Positions 16,971 through 25,363 are shown, numbered from the stretch's first letter. The stretch: DNA of 32,000 nt from Methylotenera sp. (GCF_030684185.1 NZ_JAUXOY010000014.1:1-32000); one strand, 5' to 3'. Numbers and translations: made by a program. Notes: generated by a model not told the origin, from the sequence alone.

Positions 16971-19052
16971 GTGATTATTTTGGTGGGTATGTTAGCAATG
17001 AATAAACCTTTAGATAAGATTTTGGATAAAACAAGAATGAATAAAATGATGGTAACTAAGAAATCACGCCTATCCGCGCGATGGTGTCTGCAATTGGCGG
17101 TTCTAGGTGTTGCACTAACTGCTTTGTTACCAATTCAAGCTTATAGTGACAATGGTGTTTTGATTACCCCAGTAGAACCTGTGCTAGGTGTTGCACCAGA
17201 TGAAAGCGTGATAGTCGCTACACCGGCAACTCAAAACCTGAACACTGAAAAAGCCAATCAAACACGTAATAAAAAAATAGCCGCCAAAGCTACTCCACCT
17301 AAAAATGCGGCACTTAAAAAATCGTCGACCACCGCTGAAAATGCAATTATCAGCAAGCTGGAGTTTAAGCAGGCCAATATGGTAGATGTGGCGCGCGCGC
17401 TGGCAGATATGTCAGGTTTAAACATAGTAGCGACTGAAGAAGCAGCAAAAAAAACCGTGACGGTGTTTTTGCAAAACATAACAGTTAAAGATGCGCTGGA
17501 TACTATTAGCAAGAATAGCGGGCTTTGGTACAGGCAGGATAAAATCAGCAAAACTTATCGCATTATGAGTACCGATGAATATCAGCGCGATATGGTGGTA
17601 TATCGTGACGATGTTACCAGAGTGTTCGATATATTGCACCCTAACCCCATCATTATTGCCAATGCAATCAAAGATTTATATGGCAAAAGAGTGAGGCTGT
17701 CCATCGGGGTTGAAGACAACACAACTATGGGCAATTTTGGAGCTGCGGGTGCAGCATCAGCGACGACTAGAAATATTGGGGGTAATAACTCAAGCCTGAA
17801 TAGCTCGCGCCAGAATAATAATCGCCAAGCGGGTGGGAGTGCAGACGGAAACAATGAAGATGGCAGTAATCGGGTTGTGATTACAGAAAAACTATCAGTT
17901 GAAAAGATTTCCAGGTTGGAGGAGCAATTAAAAGCACAAAATGACGATAAAACTATTTCGGCAGAAATGCTTAGAGATTTATCTACGCAAGAGCAACCAA
18001 TTTTTGTGACGCTAAATCGTGAACACAGTTTTGTGATTGTACGCACTAGCGATACGCTTGCTATTAGCGATATAGATCAATTGATTAAACAAATGGATAG
18101 ACCCACGCAGCAAGTGCTGCTGGAGATGAAAATATTGTCATTAGAAGTAGGAGATGCCTATCGTCAAGCGTTTGATATTGATTACATTCCCAACAGTACT
18201 GCGGTACAAGGGCCATTGACAGATCAAGATAGAAATCCACTACATAGTACTAAGCCAGATAGCATTTCTGAAACCACTCCTTATACCACTTCCGGAGGTG
18301 GTACTGGGACTTTGACTCGTAGTGGGGATATTGCAGTAGGCGGGGTTAGGAACATATTGGGGCTAGGTAACTTTGCGTTGGAAGGGGGTACTTTTGTATA
18401 TCAGTTTATGAATGACAAAATTCGGGCGCGTATTCAACTATTACAAACAAACAATAAAATCAACACATTAAGCTCCCCCATTTTACTGGCGACTAATAAT
18501 AAACCTGCCCGCGTATTCGTCGGCTCAGAGCAGGTAATTACCACGGGGTTTGATGCGGTGGCGGGCGGAGCTAACTCCGTTTCTGTTGGTGCACCTGCGG
18601 TTATTCCTGTGACTGAAATAAGAAACGTCGGTAATACCCTGCAAATCATGCCAAAAATTAATGCAAATGGAACCGTAACTTTGATGATTCAGCAAGACTC
18701 ATCCTCAATACTGCCTGGTTCAAGTTCTATTCCTGTCGTAGTTGGTTCAACTGTACAAAGATTCAATGTAGATACAGTAAAAACTTCAAACATACAAGGC
18801 ACAGTTGTGGCAAAAGATGGCTTAACGGTTGCCATTGGCGGTTTGATTGACAGCTCGGAAAGTGAAGAGGAGCAAAAAGTCCCAATCTTAGGTGATATAC
18901 CTTTAGTCGGTGAGTTATTTAAACGTAAAGCGAAAACAAAAGGAAAACGCGAGCTTTTGTTATTGATTACTCCGCACATTATTGCAAATTCCCTAGAAGC
19001 TGAAAATGTAACGAGAGATGCTATCGAGCCAATTTCAGACCAGGAATGGTAA
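16971..19052 (+). CDS. Secretin (GspD/PilQ/MshL family)
   Basis: PilQ/MshL-style N0 region (ISKLEFKQANMVDVARALADMSGLNIVATEE…VTVFLQNITVKDALDTI). C-terminal secretin signature VPILGDIPLVGELFKRKAKTKGKRELLLLITPHII. Start is uncertain: GTG 16971, ATG 16998 or 17037-17049, and the signal peptide h-region is CLQLAVLGVALTALLPIQA. Confidence 0.9.
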   Translation: MIILVGMLAMNKPLDKILDKTRMNKMMVTKKSRLSARWCLQLAVLGVALTALLPIQAYSDNGVLITPVEPVLGVAPDESVIVATPATQNLNTEKANQTRNKKIAAKATPPKNAALKKSSTTAENAIISKLEFKQANMVDVARALADMSGLNIVATEEAAKKTVTVFLQNITVKDALDTISKNSGLWYRQDKISKTYRIMSTDEYQRDMVVYRDDVTRVFDILHPNPIIIANAIKDLYGKRVRLSIGVEDNTTMGNFGAAGAASATTRNIGGNNSSLNSSRQNNNRQAGGSADGNNEDGSNRVVITEKLSVEKISRLEEQLKAQNDDKTISAEMLRDLSTQEQPIFVTLNREHSFVIVRTSDTLAISDIDQLIKQMDRPTQQVLLEMKILSLEVGDAYRQAFDIDYIPNSTAVQGPLTDQDRNPLHSTKPDSISETTPYTTSGGGTGTLTRSGDIAVGGVRNILGLGNFALEGGTFVYQFMNDKIRARIQLLQTNNKINTLSSPILLATNNKPARVFVGSEQVITTGFDAVAGGANSVSVGAPAVIPVTEIRNVGNTLQIMPKINANGTVTLMIQQDSSSILPGSSSIPVVVGSTVQRFNVDTVKTSNIQGTVVAKDGLTVAIGGLIDSSESEEEQKVPILGDIPLVGELFKRKAKTKGKRELLLLITPHIIANSLEAENVTRDAIEPISDQEW

Positions 19053-19088
19053 GAGAAAATTAGAATATAAAGTTGAAGGAATGTTGAG

Positions 19089-19772
19089 ATGAATTTATTG
19101 AAAACGAAATTACCGAGCTTAGGCGTATTGATTTTAGCGCTATCTTTAACAGGCTGTGCAACCTCTATACCCCAAGCCGAAAACTTTTCTGCAACCAAGC
19201 AGAAAAAGGTAATGGCTGCCCAGCACTGGGGGGTGATTGCTGCTGATGCTGTTGAGCAAACAAGATTGGCATTAGTAAAACAGACATTTGTTAAAGATAA
19301 GCCTTTATATGTCACTGATAACGAAAGCACAGAGTTTAGCCGTGCTTTTCGTAAATATATGATTGCAGGCTTGCTTGATGCAGGGTTTGTGGTTTCAGCT
19401 AAAAAGGAAGGCGCGGTTGAGGTTGGCTTCGAGGCACAGGTAATTCGTCATGCTTCGTCATTCGACCCGCAGGCTTATGGCTATAAGCCTGGCATGGCCA
19501 CGGCTGGCGTAGCAGGTTTTTGGGTACTACGTGATGCACTGCGTTACGGCGCATCGGCAGGCACGGTTTTGGCAACCGTTGCTGCAGCGGGCGGTACTGA
19601 TTACTATAATGCCAAAAATCCAGGTGAAACCGGTGTGGAATTATTAATTAGCACGTCAATTATTCATGCTGACCGCTACGTGATGCTAAACGCCGATGCC
19701 TATTACATTGAAAAAGGCGAGGCGTGGCTGTTTGAAGGATGTAAAGGTAAAAACCGGCGCCAATGTCGTTAG
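19089..19772 (+). CDS. Lipoprotein of unknown function (possible secretin-associated/pilotin-like)
   Basis: SD aagga 8 nt upstream. Lipobox LSLTG|C. Gly/Ala-rich hydrophobic segment GMATAGVAGFWVL…GASAGTVLATVAAAGG. 227 aa. The functional link rests on position only. Confidence 0.7.
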   Translation: MNLLKTKLPSLGVLILALSLTGCATSIPQAENFSATKQKKVMAAQHWGVIAADAVEQTRLALVKQTFVKDKPLYVTDNESTEFSRAFRKYMIAGLLDAGFVVSAKKEGAVEVGFEAQVIRHASSFDPQAYGYKPGMATAGVAGFWVLRDALRYGASAGTVLATVAAAGGTDYYNAKNPGETGVELLISTSIIHADRYVMLNADAYYIEKGEAWLFEGCKGKNRRQCR

Positions 19773-19948
19773 TAATATCAAATTTTCTACAAATCCAAAA
19801 CTAACAGAATAGATATTTAGGTTTTATGAAAAATAGCCCCCAGTTTCCTTCTTAAAGCAAACCTTTCAAACTAAAGCTTTAGCGGATTTTGCCGATAACT
19901 TAAGTACTAAAGTCGTTATCGAAGCAAAAACACTAAAGGATCATCATT

Positions 19949-20137
19949 ATGTTTAAACAAAGAGGAATTACCAGCCTTGAGCTTCTATGCTCATTAACAA
20001 TTATTTCATCTGTAACTGCATATACAGTAAACATGGCCGATGAAGTAGAGATTGCCATTGCAAATTATCAACAAACTACGGATTTGCAGCAGATTAAAGC
20101 TAGAATCCAAACGGCTAAATACGCAGATGATAAATAA
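19949..20137 (+). CDS. 62-aa mini prepilin-like protein
   Basis: SD aagga 8 nt upstream. MFKQRG|ITSLELLCSLTIISSVTAYTV has Gly at -1, Glu at +5 and a hydrophobic helix. The remainder is a predicted amphipathic helix, with no globular domain. Confidence 0.45.
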   Translation: MFKQRGITSLELLCSLTIISSVTAYTVNMADEVEIAIANYQQTTDLQQIKARIQTAKYADDK

Positions 20138-20209
20138 AGGCTAGCCGTATGCGCGACTCAATAACATTTTTAGCGTATTAAAACTAATTTAACTTAATCT
20201 GACTTCGGA

Positions 20210-20223
20210 TTGACTTGAGTCAA
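20210..20223 (+). promoter_or_regulatory. FNR/CRP-family (FNR/Dnr-like) binding box TTGAC-N4-GTCAA
   Basis: Perfect palindromic half-sites ttgac ttga gtcaa. The centre lies about 29 nt upstream of a gataat -10-like hexamer (20245-20250), which is class II (-41.5) geometry, and about 80 nt upstream of the ATG at 20296. Confidence 0.5.
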
Positions 20224-20295
20224 GTGTGATTAGGTAGATTTAACGATAATTTACATTTTAATTTTTAGTCATAATACTAAAGGAAATCTTGCCTT

Positions 20296-21069
20296 ATGGC
20301 TAATGAACTGTTTAATAATGGCAAGCACATATGCGTAAAATTTAGTGATTTGTCTGATTCAGATAAATCACAGGCCGCAGTACAATCCAACCAGTTTTTG
20401 ATTGTTAGTGATGGACATGGTGCTTTAATCGACCCTGGCGGCAACATGACTTATAACGCTTTGATGATGGGCATGGGAAAGTACTTTCATTTCCGTAAAC
20501 TGAACTATATTTTTGCTTCGCATCAAGACCCGGACATTGTGGCTTCAATCAATAAATGGTTGGTGGGCACTGAATGTAAAGTGCTTGCACCAGCAATATG
20601 GGAACGCTTTTTGCCTCACTTTTGTAGTGTTGGCAATACTGAGGATCGTATTATCGGAATCCCCGATCAAGGCATGAATATAAAGCTAGGGGATGCGACT
20701 ATTAAAGCTATTCCCGCACACTTTTTACACTCCGAAGGCAATTTTCAGTTTTACGATGTCACCAGTAAAATCCTGTTTTCCGGAGACCTTGGTGCCTCTT
20801 TAGTTCACCATGATCTTGCGGCAGAACCAGTGACTGATTTTGCATCGCATTTGCCAACCATGCTGCCGTTTCACAGGCGGTATATGACTTCTAATAAGGC
20901 CTGTCGTTTTTGGGCAAATATGGCACGCACTCTGGATATTGAGTCCATCGTACCCCAACATGGGCGTTCGTTTGTTGGTAAGCCTATGGTTGATCAATTC
21001 ATATCGTGGGTAGAAAACCTTGAGTGCGGCATAGATTTAATGACGCAGGATAATTATAGAGTACCTTAA
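20296..21069 (+). CDS. Metallo-beta-lactamase-fold di-metal protein (flavodiiron-N-domain / ODP-like)
   Basis: SD aaaggaaa upstream. Motif series ALIDPGG, SHQDPDIV (HxDxD variant of HxHxDH), PAHFLHSEG, FSGDLG, VPQHG. 257 aa. Confidence 0.75.
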   Translation: MANELFNNGKHICVKFSDLSDSDKSQAAVQSNQFLIVSDGHGALIDPGGNMTYNALMMGMGKYFHFRKLNYIFASHQDPDIVASINKWLVGTECKVLAPAIWERFLPHFCSVGNTEDRIIGIPDQGMNIKLGDATIKAIPAHFLHSEGNFQFYDVTSKILFSGDLGASLVHHDLAAEPVTDFASHLPTMLPFHRRYMTSNKACRFWANMARTLDIESIVPQHGRSFVGKPMVDQFISWVENLECGIDLMTQDNYRVP

Positions 21070-21135
21070 GTGACTATATACGCGGACTGTAATATCAGTC
21101 GCAATCGCACAAAAGGCCTCTATTTGAGTGTTTTA

Positions 21136-21885
21136 TTACAGTGTTCGGCTAAATAAATTAAGTGCGAGTTGATAGCACAATAACGCCGTTTGGGCATCAT
21201 AACGGTCATCGCCGTCACGCATAAAGGCATGTTGCGTATTAAACTCATGCCAAGTAAAGTTCAGGTTGGCGTTAGTCATTTTTGCATAAATATCTACACG
21301 CCCAGCCGTTGGAATGTATGGGTCTTGTTTACCCCAAATCATGAGCATTTCACCAGTGATTTCATTTAGGCGGTCCATGCTATGCTGGCCAGGTTTGTTA
21401 GGAATAAGCTGCGTATTTAAATCGGTGGCATAAAAACATGCAGTACCTTTAACTTCTGGCTGCAATGCTGCACGAAATGCTAAATGGCCGCCAATACAAA
21501 AGCCCATCGCGCCAATATTGCCGTCGTACCATGTTTGTTGTTTTATAAATTCGATGATTGCCACATTGTCGGTATCGTAAGCTTGGACGTCCTTAGTTTC
21601 TTTGTCCGCATTGCCTTTGTTTCGGCCTGCATCGTCATAGCCCAGTACCGTACCAATAGGGTTTAGCTCATGAAAAACCTCAGGCACTAGTACAACGTAG
21701 CCATGACTTGCCATAATTTTAGCGGCGCTTTCAATAGGGCCAGTTTGCTGAAAAATCTCTGAATAAAACAAAATTGCAGGATACTTATTTCCACCATTTG
21801 GCTTGCCATCTACCGGGCGGTGAATATAAGTACGCATTACGCCGGTAGGGGTGAGGATGTCTGCGGACTGGCTTTGAATTTTCAT
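21136..21885 (-). CDS. Dienelactone hydrolase family protein (carboxymethylenebutenolidase-like)
   Basis: Alpha/beta hydrolase with the Cys nucleophile elbow GFCIGGH, typical DLH length (249 aa), and a downstream His (TQHAF). Confidence 0.8.
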   Translation of the reverse strand: MKIQSQSADILTPTGVMRTYIHRPVDGKPNGGNKYPAILFYSEIFQQTGPIESAAKIMASHGYVVLVPEVFHELNPIGTVLGYDDAGRNKGNADKETKDVQAYDTDNVAIIEFIKQQTWYDGNIGAMGFCIGGHLAFRAALQPEVKGTACFYATDLNTQLIPNKPGQHSMDRLNEITGEMLMIWGKQDPYIPTAGRVDIYAKMTNANLNFTWHEFNTQHAFMRDGDDRYDAQTALLCYQLALNLFSRTL

Positions 21886-21928
21886 TGCTTACTTTCTAAA
21901 TTAGCTTTAACTATGGTAATTTAGGTAT

Positions 21929-21954
21929 TGTACAACGCTACAACGCGTTGTACA
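21929..21954. promoter_or_regulatory. Perfect 10-bp inverted repeat upstream of the hydrolase gene (possible operator)
   Basis: tgtacaacgc-tacaac-gcgttgtaca, 44-69 nt upstream of the minus-strand ATG at 21885. Confidence 0.3.
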
Positions 21955-22470
21955 GCATTAGTAAACTGGTCAAATTTTTTATGGGGGCTAGAAATCTAAA
22001 CGCAATCGCAACATGAAGCCAGCAAACGCTGCAGGCTGCTTTCATTTGCAAGTTCGGTCGCGACAGGTTTAACTATTGCTAACGGTTTGGTTTTATCGAT
22101 TGAGACTTTAGTGGTTTTAATCGCTTTTAAGTTTGATGATTGTTGTGTTGCAATTTGCATGTTTCTTTCCTTTTGGGAGTTAAATCGGCTGAAATTTTGT
22201 TTCAGGGTAGATTCGACAATAAATAATTTAAAAATTAAAGCTGGTATTAATGAAATTACTTAATTGCAAGCCTATTCATTAACTGTTTACAACAACGCAC
22301 ACCAAGATAAATAGGATGACAGCTAAATAATCGAGATAAGGTTTGCTAAGCACACTACAATTTTCGTAAAATGGTGCTTTAGATTCACTTGCCTGCATAA
22401 GATAGTAACGACATTTGAGTTGACTTCTTTAATGGCTGGATTGATTAATTTTTAAGCTTAATAACCCACA

Positions 22471-22674
22471 ATGCTACTCATCATCAATGGTAAAGCACGT
22501 AGTTTTGACGCAACAAATTTTAGTGTTGCACATTTAGTAAAAAGCCTTGATTTAGAGGGCAAGCGCCTTGCCATTGAGTGTAATGGTGAAATCGTTCCGC
22601 GTAGCCAGTTTGCAGATACGCAGTTGGCTGATGGTGATAAATTAGAGATTGTCGGTGCTGTCGGTGGCGGGTAA
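22471..22674 (+). CDS. thiS: Sulfur-carrier protein ThiS
   Basis: 67 aa ending in GG (…LEIVGAVGGG). MLLIINGK… is the typical ThiS ubiquitin-like fold signature. Followed by thiG. Confidence 0.9.
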   Translation: MLLIINGKARSFDATNFSVAHLVKSLDLEGKRLAIECNGEIVPRSQFADTQLADGDKLEIVGAVGGG

Positions 22675-22728
22675 CGGCCGTCAGTGCGACTAAGCGTTTG
22701 TTGAAGCATTATTAAGAGGATACAAAAG

Positions 22729-23511
22729 TTGTCAGACTTATTAAAAATTGCAGATAAAACCTATCATTCACGTTTACTGGTGGGTACTGGTAAATATCAG
22801 GACTTTGCCCAAACACGAGCAGCGATTGATGCTAGCGGGGCTGAAATTATCACTGTGGCTATTCGCCGTACAAATATTGGTCAAACTGCGGGTGAGCCGT
22901 CACTTTTAGATTTTTTGCCCCCGGAAGAGTTTACCTATTTGCCTAATACGGCGGGTTGCTATTCTGCCGATGAAGCTGTGCGTACGCTGCGTTTGGCGCG
23001 TGAGCTGTTAGATGGTCACAAACTGGTGAAATTAGAAGTGCTGGGAGACCCGAATACCCTCTACCCAAATATGATAGAAACCATAGCCGCCGCGAAGACA
23101 TTGGTAAAAGATGGTTTTGATGTGATGGTGTATTGCTCAGACGACCCGATTATTGCTAAGCAGCTGGAAGAGATTGGCTGCTGCGCAGTGATGCCGCTCG
23201 CTTCATTAATTGGCTCTGGCATGGGCATTTTAAATCCATGGAATCTACAAATCATTATTGCAAATGCCAATATCCCAGTGTTGGTCGATGCGGGTGTTGG
23301 TACAGCTTCAGATGCGGCGATTGCTATGGAGCTTGGCTGCCAGGGAGTGCTGATGAACACTGCAATCGCTGCGGCACGTGATCCTGTTCTGATGGCAGGG
23401 GCGATGAAGAAGGCCGTGGAAGCAGGCCGCGATGCTTACTTAGCCGGCCGTATGCCTAAAAAACTGTATTCCGCCAGTCCAAGTTCTCCAACTGCTGGTT
23501 TAATTGCCTAG
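22729..23511 (+). CDS. thiG: Thiazole synthase ThiG
   Basis: TTG start with SD gagga 8 nt upstream. …[10 protein letters not shown]…ITVAIRR…LPNTAGC…[12 protein letters not shown]…[14 protein letters not shown]…; 260 aa. Confidence 0.92.
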   Translation: MSDLLKIADKTYHSRLLVGTGKYQDFAQTRAAIDASGAEIITVAIRRTNIGQTAGEPSLLDFLPPEEFTYLPNTAGCYSADEAVRTLRLARELLDGHKLVKLEVLGDPNTLYPNMIETIAAAKTLVKDGFDVMVYCSDDPIIAKQLEEIGCCAVMPLASLIGSGMGILNPWNLQIIIANANIPVLVDAGVGTASDAAIAMELGCQGVLMNTAIAAARDPVLMAGAMKKAVEAGRDAYLAGRMPKKLYSASPSSPTAGLIA

Positions 23512-23550
23512 GGGCAATATAAAGTGATAATGTAAAGTGACAACATTAAA

Positions 23551-23934
23551 ATGACCAGCGCCAAACATTATGAATGCACCGTGACAGTTGAAGTGGAGTT
23601 TATTCCAGACCAGTCAGATGTCGCGCGAAATCGTTATGCTTTTGCTTATCATATAAAAATAGCTAACACAGGGAATGTGGCTGCACAGCTAATCAGTCGT
23701 CATTGGATTATTGTGGAAGCGAATGGCGAACAGCAAGAAGTCAAAGGTTTAGGCGTAGTCGGGGCGCAACCTTTGCTGAATCCAAGCGAGCATTTTGAAT
23801 ATACCAGCGGTACGGTTCTAACTACCCCTATGGGGGAAATGCACGGAACTTACCAAATGGTGGCAGATGATGGCACACAGTTTGATGTGATAATTAAGCC
23901 TTTTGCACTCACGATGCCTAGAGTGTTGCACTAG
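23551..23934 (+). CDS. apaG: ApaG (DUF525) protein
   Basis: 127 aa. YAFAYHIKIANTGNVAAQLISRHWIIVEANG…EVKGLGVVGAQPLL…FEYTSG matches the ApaG family pattern. Confidence 0.85.
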   Translation: MTSAKHYECTVTVEVEFIPDQSDVARNRYAFAYHIKIANTGNVAAQLISRHWIIVEANGEQQEVKGLGVVGAQPLLNPSEHFEYTSGTVLTTPMGEMHGTYQMVADDGTQFDVIIKPFALTMPRVLH

Positions 23935-23992
23935 TATGTCGCTAGGTGCCATTAAAACTATTAAATCTGATTAAATTAAGTGAAAAAATCAA

Positions 23993-25300
23993 TTGATTAA
24001 AAAGATAACCGTACTTATTTTGCTGGCAATATCATTGTGCGGTTTAAGCTCGTGCGCAAGTAAAAGTTTAAAAGTGAGTCCGCCAGCGCCGCCAAGTGCC
24101 AAGTGCAACTGTGATGCAAGTAAAAATGCTGCATCAGCGCCAGCTCCAGTTATAGAAGCAGGCAAAATTGCTTTAGAGCCGAAAGCTGCCGAGGTTAAGT
24201 CGGTAGATTTAAAAGCCGAAGAATTAAAAATAGCAGACTATGGTTTATTAAAAGCAGCCAAATGGGAAGATATCGACGGCATAAATCAGGATAATTTAAG
24301 TTTGGCCTGGCCTGCCTGGATGCAAAGTTGTTCTACATTAGTGAACAAGCCAATGTGGCAAAAAGTCTGTGGCGTCGCGGCCCAGCTTAATAGTCAAACA
24401 GCCAACAGGCCTAATTTGGACGCGGTACAGTCTTATTTCAAGCAAAACTTTTCAGTGTATAAAACCACCAATGTCGATGGTACTGAAGATGGTCTGATTA
24501 CTGGTTATTACGAACCGATATTAAAAGGCAGCCGCACAAAATCTGCTAAATATTCTAACCCTTTATATCAACCGCCAAATGATTTAATCACAGTTGAGTT
24601 AGACAGCTTATTCCCGGAGCTTAAATATAAACGCGTACGTGGCAGGCTAGTCGGTAATAAGTTGGTGCCCTATTATAATCGTGCAGAAATTGAATCGGAG
24701 ACATCGCCAGTTAAGGGTAAGGAATTTATTTATATCGACGATATTATCGATGTGTTTTTCTTGCAAATTCAAGGTTCGGGTTTAGTGCTGCTTGAAAATG
24801 GCGAACAAGTACATGTGGGATACGCAAACCAAAATGGTCACACCTACAACTCAATCGGACGTTTGTTAATTGAACGTGGCGAGTTGACGCTGGCGCAGGC
24901 TTCAATGCAAGGTGTCAAAAATTGGGCACGTAATAATCCTAGTAAATTGCGTGAATTACTCAACAGCAATCCTAGTTATGTTTTTTTTAGGGAATTACCG
25001 GCAGGTTTGCCAGGTCCGCTCGGCGCGCTCGGTGTACCTATTTTGGGTGAACGTAGTGTAGCCATAGATCCAAAATTCGTGCCGCTAGGTGCACCAGTAT
25101 TTTTATCAACCACAGAGCCCAATAACACTAAGCCCTTAAAGCGCTTGATGATGGCACAGGATACTGGCGGTGCTATTAAGGGTGGCGTTCGTGCCGATTT
25201 CTTTTGGGGTGCAGGTAATGATGCAGGCGCTAAGGCAGGCGCAATGAAGCAGTCAGGAAAAATTTGGGTGTTGTTACCAAAAGAGTTTGTATTTAAATAG
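23993..25300 (+). CDS. mltA: Membrane-bound lytic murein transglycosylase A (MltA-like lipoprotein)
   Basis: Lipobox GLSS|C. MltA signatures (…LITGYYEP…, …IDDIIDVFFLQIQGSG…, …GHTYNSIGR…, C-terminal 3D domain …MAQDTGGAIKG…RADFFWG). TTG start. Confidence 0.85.
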   Translation: MIKKITVLILLAISLCGLSSCASKSLKVSPPAPPSAKCNCDASKNAASAPAPVIEAGKIALEPKAAEVKSVDLKAEELKIADYGLLKAAKWEDIDGINQDNLSLAWPAWMQSCSTLVNKPMWQKVCGVAAQLNSQTANRPNLDAVQSYFKQNFSVYKTTNVDGTEDGLITGYYEPILKGSRTKSAKYSNPLYQPPNDLITVELDSLFPELKYKRVRGRLVGNKLVPYYNRAEIESETSPVKGKEFIYIDDIIDVFFLQIQGSGLVLLENGEQVHVGYANQNGHTYNSIGRLLIERGELTLAQASMQGVKNWARNNPSKLRELLNSNPSYVFFRELPAGLPGPLGALGVPILGERSVAIDPKFVPLGAPVFLSTTEPNNTKPLKRLMMAQDTGGAIKGGVRADFFWGAGNDAGAKAGAMKQSGKIWVLLPKEFVFK

Positions 25301-25342
25301 AGAAACTTTTACATAAAAATTTTGTAATCTGCGGATAACAAA

Positions 25343-25363
25343 AAGGGTGCTATAAGCACCCTT
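25343..25363. terminator. Bidirectional rho-independent terminator shared by mltA (+) and pqqA (-)
   Basis: Stem gggtgct/agcaccc with loop ata, an A-run on the 5' side and a T-run on the 3' side. Confidence 0.75.

Noticed and set aside
10405-19330. Numerous antisense or alternative-frame ORFs inside the filament-cluster genes (for example 10762-11124, 11834-12213, 14330-14602, 17258-18046, 18434-18649, 18689-19330).
   Set aside because: All lie within longer, motif-supported CDSs on the opposite strand or in another frame. Their compositions are low-complexity or Ser/Cys/Leu-rich, as is typical of shadow ORFs.
22200-22470. TPP (THI-box) riboswitch upstream of thiS-thiG.
   Set aside because: There is no CUGAGA / ACCC…UGAUCUGGAUAAUGCCAGCG-type conserved core on the plus strand in this leader.
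22458-22709. 83-aa ORF antisense to thiS.
   Set aside because: It fully overlaps the well-supported thiS gene on the opposite strand and has no features of its own.
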